A stretch of DNA of 20,800 nt from an uncultured Nitrososphaerota archaeon (GTDB taxonomy: Archaea > Korarchaeota > Korarchaeia > Korarchaeales > Korarchaeaceae): NCBI GenBank assembly GCA_964618805.1, contig CAZUBM010000027.1, positions 1-20,800 on the forward strand. The letters run 5' to 3'. Shown piece after piece: positions 1-7,457 of the stretch (position 1 is its first letter; every line of letters begins with the position of its first letter). The notes under the pieces are model-generated. The model saw only the letters and a program-made list of their open reading frames with translations. It was not told the DNA's origin and searched no databases. Made by a program: the position numbers and the translations under genes.

Positions 1-827
<827 letters not shown>

Positions 828-1018
828 CTGAGCCGCAAGGCCCTACCTTCTTTGCACGGAGGATTTTCGGGCTCTTTCAAGCGTGAGGGTGCCCCCCATT
901 ATGGGGGTTTTCCTCACGCCCACATTAAACGTGTTGCCACGATTGGAAAACGGGTTTCATCCAGTCGGGATTTTCCTTCATCCCGATCGGACCCGTTACC
1001 GGGACATCGTGGCAGTAC
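828..1018 (-). other. 5' external transcribed spacer of pre-16S rRNA
   Basis: Lies between the TATA box (1045-1038) and the mature 16S 5' end. Contains hairpins 919-881 and 1014-935. The segment ~875-840 likely forms the 5' strand of the processing stem, whose partner is outside the window. Confidence 0.75.
932..1014 (-). ncRNA. Putative H/ACA-box pseudouridylation guide hairpin within the rRNA leader
   Basis: Lower stem TGCCACGAT(1014-1006)/ATCGTGGCA(943-935) is followed directly by ACA (934-932). Pocket GTCCCGGT/TTCCA. Upper stem AACGGGT/ACCCGTT. K-turn CCGA + CTG-GA-TGA. Apical stem TCGGGAT/ATCCCGA. There are 14 nt from the pocket top to ACA. Confidence 0.75.
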
Positions 1019-1037
1019 CATATAGTGTTCTACGGTG

Positions 1038-1045
1038 TATATAAA
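1038..1045 (-). promoter_or_regulatory. TATA box of rRNA promoter
   Basis: TTTATATA on minus strand. Predicts a TSS near 1013-1019. Confidence 0.8.
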
Positions 1046-1058
1046 TATTAACGATCGG

Positions 1059-1997
1059 CTAGGCGACCAAAATAGCTTCAAAAATGGCTTTTGCAGTGTG
1101 CAGCCTATTCTCAGCCTGCTCAAATGCTACTGAATGTGGCCCATATGCAACCCCTTCTGTAATCTCTTGTCCCAAAAACCAAGGCTGACAGTGCATTACT
1201 ATTACATCTCCCTTAGCTAGGCTAACAAGGGCCTCATTGACTTGATAGGGAGGGAATACCTTCATCCTCCTCTCCACATCAGGAACCCCCATAGACACCC
1301 ATGTATCGGTGTAAATCACATCCGCTTCCCTAACGGCTTCTTTTGGGTCCTCAACTACCTCAATTAGACCTCCAGTCTTTGATGCTATCTCCCTTGCCCT
1401 TTCTAATATTAAGGGGTCCGGTTGATATGCTAAAGGGCATGCAACAATGTGGTGGTGTCCTTGAAGAGCTGATGCCAACATCAAGCTGTGGCTTGTGTTT
1501 GCACCACCGTCTCCTACGAAGGCGACCTTCAATCTTCTATCACCAAACCTCTCTTTCATAGTCATTGCATCCGCAAGAGCCTGCATTGGATGATATCTAT
1601 CGCTTAGCATGTTAACAACGGGAACATCGGCCCACTTTGCGAGTTCTAGAAGGGTTTCGTGCTTCTTCACGCGGGCTGCAATTGCATGAACGTATCTGCT
1701 TAAGACTAAAGCAGTGTCCCTTATCGTCTCCCCTCTAGAGATTTGAAGCGCAGCTGTAGGGAGTTCAAGGGGATAACCACCTAGTTCTCTTATGGCAACT
1801 GAGGTAGATACTCTAGTTCTTGTGGAAGGTTTTTCGAATATCAGCGCAACCGTCTTCCCTTTCAGGGGTTCGCCTGAGATCCTTCCTCTTTTATAATCCA
1901 TTGAGAGTTCTATTAGATAGTTGAATTCCTCTGGAGAATAATCCAATAAACTCAAGAGATTTCGACCTAAGAGAGATCTCCTCAGACTTCTTGACAA
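1059..1997 (-). CDS. argF: Ornithine carbamoyltransferase
   Basis: FEKPSTRT, HPMQ, DTWVSMG and QAENRLH motifs; HCQP in place of HCLP. TTG start with SD GGGTGA upstream. Confidence 0.9.
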   Translation of the reverse strand: MSRSLRRSLLGRNLLSLLDYSPEEFNYLIELSMDYKRGRISGEPLKGKTVALIFEKPSTRTRVSTSVAIRELGGYPLELPTAALQISRGETIRDTALVLSRYVHAIAARVKKHETLLELAKWADVPVVNMLSDRYHPMQALADAMTMKERFGDRRLKVAFVGDGGANTSHSLMLASALQGHHHIVACPLAYQPDPLILERAREIASKTGGLIEVVEDPKEAVREADVIYTDTWVSMGVPDVERRMKVFPPYQVNEALVSLAKGDVIVMHCQPWFLGQEITEGVAYGPHSVAFEQAENRLHTAKAIFEAILVA

Positions 1998-2027
1998 GGT
2001 ACTTCACCCACAACTTCATCATTCAAC

Positions 2028-2453
2028 TTATGAAGAACTCTTTGTTTTCGCCCCTTTTTGGGCTTTTTTCATTGCTAAGTTTATCCTTTCCTCTATTTGA
2101 CTAATTTGTGATTGAATTGATGCTAGAGCTTTCTGTCCTTGTTCTATCCTTGAATCCAGCTCCTCAATAGCTCTTTCAAGCGACATCTCAGCGTAAACAT
2201 TTGAGCCTAGAAGAACTAGTACCTTTTCTGGGTTTACGTTGTCAACTAACAGGCCAATAAAGTTGCCTGCAGGAACTATCATCCTATCCACGCCCTCTTT
2301 CCTGTCTCTAAGAGATTTCAAAGAGCGAAGCGTCTCTTTGCTCCTAACTAAGTCGTTTATTATCATGTTGAGACGATTTGCCTCATCAACTAAAGCCCTA
2401 TAGATAGCACTTAGCGTTTCAAGATCCTCTGCTCCTCCTCCTGAAGACGACAA
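2028..2453 (-). CDS. pfdA: Prefoldin subunit alpha
   Basis: Coiled coil - beta hairpins (IVPAG..., VLVLLGSNVYAE) - coiled coil; usual position after eif6. Start placed at TTG 2453 behind GGAGG (ORF track extends to 2513). Confidence 0.9.
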   Translation of the reverse strand: MSSSGGGAEDLETLSAIYRALVDEANRLNMIINDLVRSKETLRSLKSLRDRKEGVDRMIVPAGNFIGLLVDNVNPEKVLVLLGSNVYAEMSLERAIEELDSRIEQGQKALASIQSQISQIEERINLAMKKAQKGAKTKSSS

Positions 2454-2509
2454 TCCTTTTTCCTCCCACCCTAGATATTCCATCAAATAAGTTAAGTTTA
2501 AGTTATACC

Positions 2510-3178
2510 TCACTCGAGACCGAAGGCCTCAATTATAGTTTCAAGCTCCCAAGGGGTAGTAAGTTCTCCAACCAAAGCTCCTTTATCATTTGCAACTATA
2601 CCTAATTTTAGGTATCTAACTCCCCTATTCACTGTTCCTTTAAGGATATCAACTTCGAATAATTCCTTTAGTTTCTTAATCTCCTCATCCGATGTTTGAG
2701 GCGGGACTAAGCCGCCTTTATTTGTAACAACAGCTATGGATCCAGGTACTGGATAACCTGCAATCGTCCCCTTCATAATTTCCACCTTCAGCAGTTGCTT
2801 TATTCTCTCAGCCTCTCCTTCTTTGAACCAAGGGCTGATCAAAGCTCCATAATCGTTCGTAAGTATGACGTTTCCGAAGGCATTTATCGCAAAATCTAAG
2901 GGATATAGAGGAATTTCTAAGCTATTCTGAAGCAGTTCAAACTCCTCCTTTGTTATGAGATAAGGCACTAAAATACCATTTCTATTTCCAGAGAGGAATA
3001 TTCCCAGCAATTGGCTTTGGTAGATCAAAGTTTCTATTGGACTTACCCCGAAGCACTCGATTACTTTTTCCTTAAAGGATGATGGGGTGTGCTGGGGGAC
3101 AAACACCTGGTCTCCTATCGTTTTTACAAAAACCCCTATGTTCTCGTTACCCTGAAATTTAGTTTTCAAAACAGGCAA
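2510..3178 (-). CDS. eif6: Translation initiation factor 6 (aIF6)
   Basis: NIGVF, GNVILTND, GTIAG..PGS, GTVNRG, VANDKGALVG..TT..E repeats. Likely TTG start at 3178 behind GGTG (alternative GTG 3187). Confidence 0.96.
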   Translation of the reverse strand: MPVLKTKFQGNENIGVFVKTIGDQVFVPQHTPSSFKEKVIECFGVSPIETLIYQSQLLGIFLSGNRNGILVPYLITKEEFELLQNSLEIPLYPLDFAINAFGNVILTNDYGALISPWFKEGEAERIKQLLKVEIMKGTIAGYPVPGSIAVVTNKGGLVPPQTSDEEIKKLKELFEVDILKGTVNRGVRYLKLGIVANDKGALVGELTTPWELETIIEAFGLE

Positions 3179-3189
3179 GCATGACACCG

Positions 3190-3465
3190 TTACTCATGAG
3201 CTGGCAGGATCTTAACCAGCCCTTCCTCGTCATCATACTCTGCTCTAACTTTTATCGTTCGAGGGGGATTCTCTGCACCTTTACTCCAGATTAATGCGTT
3301 GAGTTCTGGGTGCATGATTATTTTTACATCTTTCTCAAGCTTCATTTGCTTTCTCACCCTCTCTTTTATTATTTTAGCCGTTCTAGCAGCCCTTTTCTTT
3401 CTGGGATACTTCTCTCTTACGATCGTACCAATTCTGAACACGAATTCCTTCACTATCTTTGCCAT
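3190..3465 (-). CDS. rpl31e: 50S ribosomal protein L31e
   Basis: PRKKRAAR..., LNALIWSKG..NPPRTIKV motif; ATG 3465 with SD GGGTG. Confidence 0.95.
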   Translation of the reverse strand: MAKIVKEFVFRIGTIVREKYPRKKRAARTAKIIKERVRKQMKLEKDVKIIMHPELNALIWSKGAENPPRTIKVRAEYDDEEGLVKILPAHE

Positions 3466-3476
3466 AAGGAACACCC

Positions 3477-3629
3477 TTATAGCTGAAGCCTGCTCCTTCT
3501 CCAGTTTCTAGTAGGTCCAGGCCTTACTTTTCGACCAGTCTTAAGGTAAACCCACAGGGGCATCCTTTTGTTCTCATTGATGGCCCTTGCATACCTAAGC
3601 TTGCTACCAAGAGATCTGTTTCTAGCCAT
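3477..3629 (-). CDS. rpl39e: 50S ribosomal protein L39e (50 aa, missing from ORF track)
   Basis: Hand translation MARNRSLGSKLRYARAINENKRMPLWVYLKTGRKVRPGPTRNWRRSRLQL; P.WV..KT and R.WRR motifs; canonical position before rpl31e. Confidence 0.96.
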   Translation of the reverse strand: MARNRSLGSKLRYARAINENKRMPLWVYLKTGRKVRPGPTRNWRRSRLQL

Positions 3630-3639
3630 AAAACATCCC

Positions 3640-3924
3640 TCAAATGACTCTTATGGTGAAATCCCTCTTTCCACTCTGACTTAATCTTGCAAGCAGAGTC
3701 TTTAACTCAGAATCTGATAGCCTTCTGTTGAGTTTCCCTGCAGAGTAAAGTTGGAGGAGATATATCTTGGCGTTCCTAGCCAATGTTGGTTTCACAAGCT
3801 CAACCCTTCTTAGCCTTGCCCAAGCTTCAGAGGTTAGGAGCTGTCTAACTATCATGTTTAGCTCCTGTTCTTTCCTTAACCTTTCAGCCTCCTCGCTATC
3901 TTGGGAATCTGGTATGTAGCTCAT
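3640..3924 (-). CDS. PDCD5/TFAR19-like DNA-binding protein
   Basis: [36 protein letters not shown]; canonical position after rps19e. Confidence 0.92.
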   Translation of the reverse strand: MSYIPDSQDSEEAERLRKEQELNMIVRQLLTSEAWARLRRVELVKPTLARNAKIYLLQLYSAGKLNRRLSDSELKTLLARLSQSGKRDFTIRVI

Positions 3925-4373
3925 ATGATCTCTATCACCCCCGGTTCTCTTCCTATTTCGGATAAGATCTCTCCTGCTAATTTATCTAGCAATGACTGCC
4001 CTTTAGGAGTTATCTTTCTTCCTTTTCTCTCCACCTTCTCCAGCAATCCTGCTTGTTCCAGTTGTTGCATTATCTTTCTAATAACATGTCCGCTAGCCTT
4101 TCTAAAGTGTTCGGGTCTGACTCCTCTATCCTTCCTTCCTCCATATTTCGTCCTAAGCTTCTCAACCCCGATCGGACCTCTCAAGTAAATGGAGCGTAAA
4201 ATTGAAGCCGCTCTTATGTACCACCAATCCTCCTGTTGTGGCGGCCTCTCCCTATGACTCCCCGTTTTTACATATTTAGCCCATTCTGGAGGCTGGATCT
4301 CTGGTATTTCCTTGAGTTTTTCCTTCAATCTTTCTATAAGCAAATCTGCAGGAACATCTCTAGCAGTTGGCAA
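3921..4373 (-). CDS. rps19e: 30S ribosomal protein S19e
   Basis: [40 protein letters not shown] motifs. Likely TTG start 4373 (alternative GTG 4379). Confidence 0.98.
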   Translation of the reverse strand: MPTARDVPADLLIERLKEKLKEIPEIQPPEWAKYVKTGSHRERPPQQEDWWYIRAASILRSIYLRGPIGVEKLRTKYGGRKDRGVRPEHFRKASGHVIRKIMQQLEQAGLLEKVERKGRKITPKGQSLLDKLAGEILSEIGREPGVIEII

Positions 4374-4445
4374 CAGCACACCCCCTAACCGAACACGTCA
4401 TAGCCTCATCTTGATGCTAATATCCTAGTCGAAAAGCATGATATG

Positions 4446-4805
4446 TCAGCGTTTTAAACCTTCACGTAACTTCCTCTTCTCTCTGATGTAAGGTCGTCTA
4501 TTTATACTACCACATTTTAGACACCTTATCGTTAAATGAGGGTAATTCTCTGATCTAGTCCTTACAACTGCAGTAACTCCTGGGAATAACAAGGTCTTGC
4601 AGGACCTGCAGAACCTCCACTTCCACTCTGAAGGGATCGGTACCCTACATCTTATTGATATTTTCCTAGCAAGTTCTCCATATCTCTCTGCAAGCGAGAT
4701 ATCCTCTTTTGACACTTTATCAGCAAGTTTAAGCAATATCCTTATCCTTTGTCTTGCTATCCTCTTAGCCCTAAGCTTTCTCTCCTTAAATCTTTTCTTT
4801 CTCAA
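4446..4805 (-). CDS. rnp4: Ribonuclease P protein component 4 (Rpp21)
   Basis: IARQRI..L, FCRSC...PG...RCLKCG zinc ribbon. Likely TTG start overlapping the nep1 stop (TTGA) with SD AAGGTGG. Confidence 0.93.
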   Translation of the reverse strand: MRKKRFKERKLRAKRIARQRIRILLKLADKVSKEDISLAERYGELARKISIRCRVPIPSEWKWRFCRSCKTLLFPGVTAVVRTRSENYPHLTIRCLKCGSINRRPYIREKRKLREGLKR

Positions 4806-5482
4806 GGAGACCACCTTAGCGCATAGAAGAGATATGAAAGTAGCATGCAAATAGCTGCAGAAGCTGAAATTACTTCTTCACAGAGGCTGATTTTCTCATC
4901 AATGATCTCCCTAACCTTCTCTGAATAATCCCCGTGAGGAAAGCCGCCAACGATTATGACAGTATCTTGATTCAAAGCTTCCTTTGCCACTTTTATTGGA
5001 TCTTCCAACTTTCCTCTATCACTTAGTGCTATTTTGCGCTTGGGAGAAAGAATTTTGATGAGAGATTTTAGGTCTAAATTAGTTTCTTTTATGAGAGGTT
5101 TGTCCCTAGGACCTACACTCCCCTTTATGAGGAGCTGTTCCATTAGGCCAAGGAACCTGAGGTAGTTCCTGGGCAACCTTGTAGCTGGATCTACCTCAAA
5201 TATCCTTCCTTCGTATGTGTGTAGGTATAATTTCATGGGAAAACTCAGTTTAAGCGGAGAATCCAAAATTGCAAGCAAAACTCTATGCACTACATCTGGC
5301 CTACCTCTCTTCTCTTGGTCCGGAATGATCACTTCCTTTAAAGGAAGGAGGGATGAAATGTCAAAAACTATCTCTTTTGGTTTCTTGCCCCTGGATTTGG
5401 CCATCATCTTAATGGGTTGAAAAGAAGCCATCCTCTTTGGAACCAGTTCCAGAGAAGCATCAGCTACGATTATGGAGAGCAC
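4802..5482 (-). CDS. nep1: 16S rRNA pseudouridine N1-methyltransferase Nep1 (Emg1), SPOUT fold
   Basis: LELVP, RGRPDVVH, RLPRNYLRFLGLMEQLL and VGGFPHGD motifs; GTG start, probably leaderless. Confidence 0.96.
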   Translation of the reverse strand: MLSIIVADASLELVPKRMASFQPIKMMAKSRGKKPKEIVFDISSLLPLKEVIIPDQEKRGRPDVVHRVLLAILDSPLKLSFPMKLYLHTYEGRIFEVDPATRLPRNYLRFLGLMEQLLIKGSVGPRDKPLIKETNLDLKSLIKILSPKRKIALSDRGKLEDPIKVAKEALNQDTVIIVGGFPHGDYSEKVREIIDEKISLCEEVISASAAICMLLSYLFYALRWSP

Positions 5483-5500
5483 GATGTAAATTTCCTCTCA

Positions 5501-5510
5501 TTATATTAAA
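5501..5510 (-). promoter_or_regulatory. TATA box of nep1 operon
   Basis: TTTAATATAA 19-28 nt upstream of the nep1 GTG. Confidence 0.6.
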
Positions 5511-5528
5511 GCGGTTATTGAACGACAG

Positions 5529-5537
5529 TTTTTTAAG
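5529..5537 (+). promoter_or_regulatory. TATA box for tRNA-Gly/His
   Basis: TTTTTTAAG about 30 nt upstream of tRNA-Gly; divergent from the nep1 promoter. Confidence 0.55.
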
Positions 5538-5564
5538 CGATTTAGGAACTCGTTAAAAAGCAGA

Positions 5565-5663
5565 GCGGCCGTAGTCTAGCCTGGCAGGATGGGGGCCTGC
5601 CACGCCCCAGCGAGGTATTCAAGCCTCGGGGAAACCCGGGTTCGAATCCCGGCGGCCGCACCA
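5565..5663 (+). tRNA. tRNA-Gly(GCC) with 23-nt intron at position 45/46 (5611-5633); CCA encoded
   Basis: Acceptor GCGGCCG/CGGCCGC, anticodon arm GGGGC-CTGCCAC-GCCCC, T arm CCGGG-TTCGAAT-CCCGG. The insert forms a bulge-helix-bulge. Confidence 0.95.
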
Positions 5664-5693
5664 CTTGCATGTAAGTGTTATAAGCCTGTGAGT

Positions 5694-5765
5694 GGCCGCG
5701 GTGGCGTAGCGGTAGCGTGGGGGCCTGTGGAGCCCCTGGCCCGGGTTCGAATCCCGGCCGCGGCC
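5694..5765 (+). tRNA. tRNA-His(GTG), G-1 encoded, CCA not encoded
   Basis: G-GCCGCGG/CCGCGGC-C acceptor, anticodon arm GGGGC-CTGTGGA-GCCCC, TTCGAAT loop. Confidence 0.96.
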
Positions 5766-5901
5766 CTTCTTTCAGTAACAATCCTTTTCACGTTGTTCAT
5801 CAGAAGGAAAGATGTCAGAGCAATTATGCTATGCTGTTAGTTCCGAACAACTAATCGAATACACATTTATTTCCCCTTAAAGCAAGAATCAAAGGTTTGA
5901 T

Positions 5902-7215
5902 ATGAGGCGAATGTCTTCAGATCTAGAGGAAGCTTTAGCAATTCTCACAAAAGCCAAGGATAACATAAGGAGGAGGATAAAGGACATCGCTAAGATTGGA
6001 AAGGATCCTAGAGGTGGAGTAACAAGGCTAGCTTACACTTTGGAGGAGAACAAAGCATTTGAATACATTAAAGAGGTTGGAATCAGCTATGGGCTGGTTG
6101 CAAGGGAGGATCCTCTTGGAAACCTCTACCTCGAATTGCCGGGACCATCTGAAGAACTCGTGTTGATGGGCTCTCATCTGGACACAGTCCCAAGAGGAGG
6201 GGTGTTTGATGGCACTATGGGAATAGTTTGCTCGCTAGAGGTAGCTAATGCCCTTTCACAAGTCGAGTTAAATAAGAGGCTTGTTATAGCTGTTTTTAGG
6301 GCAGAGGAATCTTCTAGATTTAAGATCTCTCTCATAGGAAGTAGCATAGCTACGGGTCAATTAAAACCTAATATGTTGAAGATGAGGGATTCTAAGGGAA
6401 TCAGATTAAAGGAAGCTATTGAAAGCTGTGGTTTTCATCCTGATCGCTTAAAAGAAGCAAAACTCAACCTTGATAGAGTCAAAGCTTATTTGGAGTATCA
6501 TATAGAGCAGGGACCCGTGCTTGAAGCTTATGGATGTTCAATTGGAGTTGTTACGGCTATAGCAGCACCAATTAGATATAAGATTGGACTAAAAGGAAGA
6601 TGGGCCCACTCCGGTACTACTCCCATGGATATGAGAAAGGATGCTTTAGTTGCAGCTGCAGAGGTTATATTGACCGTAAAAGATGTTTGTTCAAGAAAAA
6701 GTGATGTTGTTGGCACAGTCGGAGATCTTGAGGTTCCTGGAGGCTCTATAAATAAAGTACCCGGGGAGGTCGTCCTCTATCTAGACATAAGGAGCGTTGA
6801 TGAAGAGGAAAGGAGGAATGCCCTACAAGAGATAATAAGGTCAGCTAAAAGGAAGACAGAAGCGCAAGGGGTTCTTCTAAATGCTAGGAAGATCGAAGAA
6901 AAACTTCCTCAAAGGCTTTCTAGCGAAATAATTGGGGTTCTAGAATCTGCATGCGATTCGATAGGTGCTGAATACTTGTTAATGCCTAGCGGAGCCAGCC
7001 ATGATGCATTGAGCTTCTCTAGGGTTGGAATTCCAACTGGAATGTTGTTTTGTCAAAGTAAAGGGGGGATTAGCCATTCTCCAAAGGAGTTTAGCAGTCT
7101 AGAGCATATCATGACTGGAGCTAAGGCTCTTCTAATAGCGGCATATGCATTAGCCTCAGACCATCATTTGCTTGATGATCGCAATCAAGGAAATTCCTTG
7201 AAGACAGAAATTTAG
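5902..7215 (+). CDS. M20 Zn-dependent amidohydrolase, hydantoinase/carbamoylase (allantoate amidohydrolase / N-carbamoyl-amino-acid hydrolase) family
   Basis: GSHLDTVP.GG.FDG, AEES.RF, EYHIEQGPVL, AHSGTTPM, SGASHDA and GGISHSP.E motifs. Start 5902 or 5911. Confidence 0.92.
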   Translation: MRRMSSDLEEALAILTKAKDNIRRRIKDIAKIGKDPRGGVTRLAYTLEENKAFEYIKEVGISYGLVAREDPLGNLYLELPGPSEELVLMGSHLDTVPRGGVFDGTMGIVCSLEVANALSQVELNKRLVIAVFRAEESSRFKISLIGSSIATGQLKPNMLKMRDSKGIRLKEAIESCGFHPDRLKEAKLNLDRVKAYLEYHIEQGPVLEAYGCSIGVVTAIAAPIRYKIGLKGRWAHSGTTPMDMRKDALVAAAEVILTVKDVCSRKSDVVGTVGDLEVPGGSINKVPGEVVLYLDIRSVDEEERRNALQEIIRSAKRKTEAQGVLLNARKIEEKLPQRLSSEIIGVLESACDSIGAEYLLMPSGASHDALSFSRVGIPTGMLFCQSKGGISHSPKEFSSLEHIMTGAKALLIAAYALASDHHLLDDRNQGNSLKTEI

Positions 7216-7244
7216 TATAACATCATCGGGTTCGCGGAAATCAT

Positions 7245-7250
7245 AAAAAA
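7245..7250 (-). terminator. T-tract terminator after tRNA-Ala
   Basis: TTTTTT beginning 5 nt downstream of the tRNA discriminator base. Confidence 0.55.
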
Positions 7251-7254
7251 GGAG

Positions 7255-7326
7255 TGGACCGGGCGGGATTCGAACCCGCGGCCTCTGGCTTGCAAAGCCA
7301 GCGCTCTACCACTGAGCTACCGGCCC
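7255..7326 (-). tRNA. tRNA-Ala(TGC), CCA not encoded
   Basis: GGGCCGG/CCGGTCC acceptor with G3:U70, anticodon arm CTGGC-TTTGCAA-GCCAG, TTCGAAT loop. Confidence 0.97.
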
Positions 7327-7406
7327 TTCTCTATATGAAAAATGGCGTTAAAAAACCTTGCCTTATTAAGTGATATAACGTAGGTGCGACAAGTGGGAAG
7401 TATGTA

Positions 7407-7415
7407 TTTTAAATA
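7407..7415 (+). promoter_or_regulatory. TATA box of ftsZ operon
   Basis: TTTTAAATA ~45 nt upstream of the ftsZ TTG; purine-rich SD GGAGGG in between. Confidence 0.55.
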
Positions 7416-7457
7416 GCCAGCGAGAGCCTATCCTGTGCTACGGGAGGGTAGGGTATA

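Noticed and set aside
1982-2022. ATGATGA ... CTGA on the minus strand spanning the argF SD and start
   Set aside because: Only 30 nt between the boxes, no convincing C'/D' pair and no terminal stem; insufficient for a C/D sRNA or K-turn call.
5609-5634. Reading the tRNA-Gly insert as a long variable arm (Sec/Ser-like or recoding tRNA)
   Set aside because: A BHB motif excises it precisely to give a standard tRNA-Gly, and acceptor and T stems are the normal 7/5.
5542-5840. ORFs 5542-5781 and 5589-5840
   Set aside because: They overlap tRNA-Gly and tRNA-His.
7227-7234. CGGGTTCG as a possible att remnant of tRNA-His/Gly
   Set aside because: Only 8 nt, does not extend to the tRNA 3' end, and no integrase is present.
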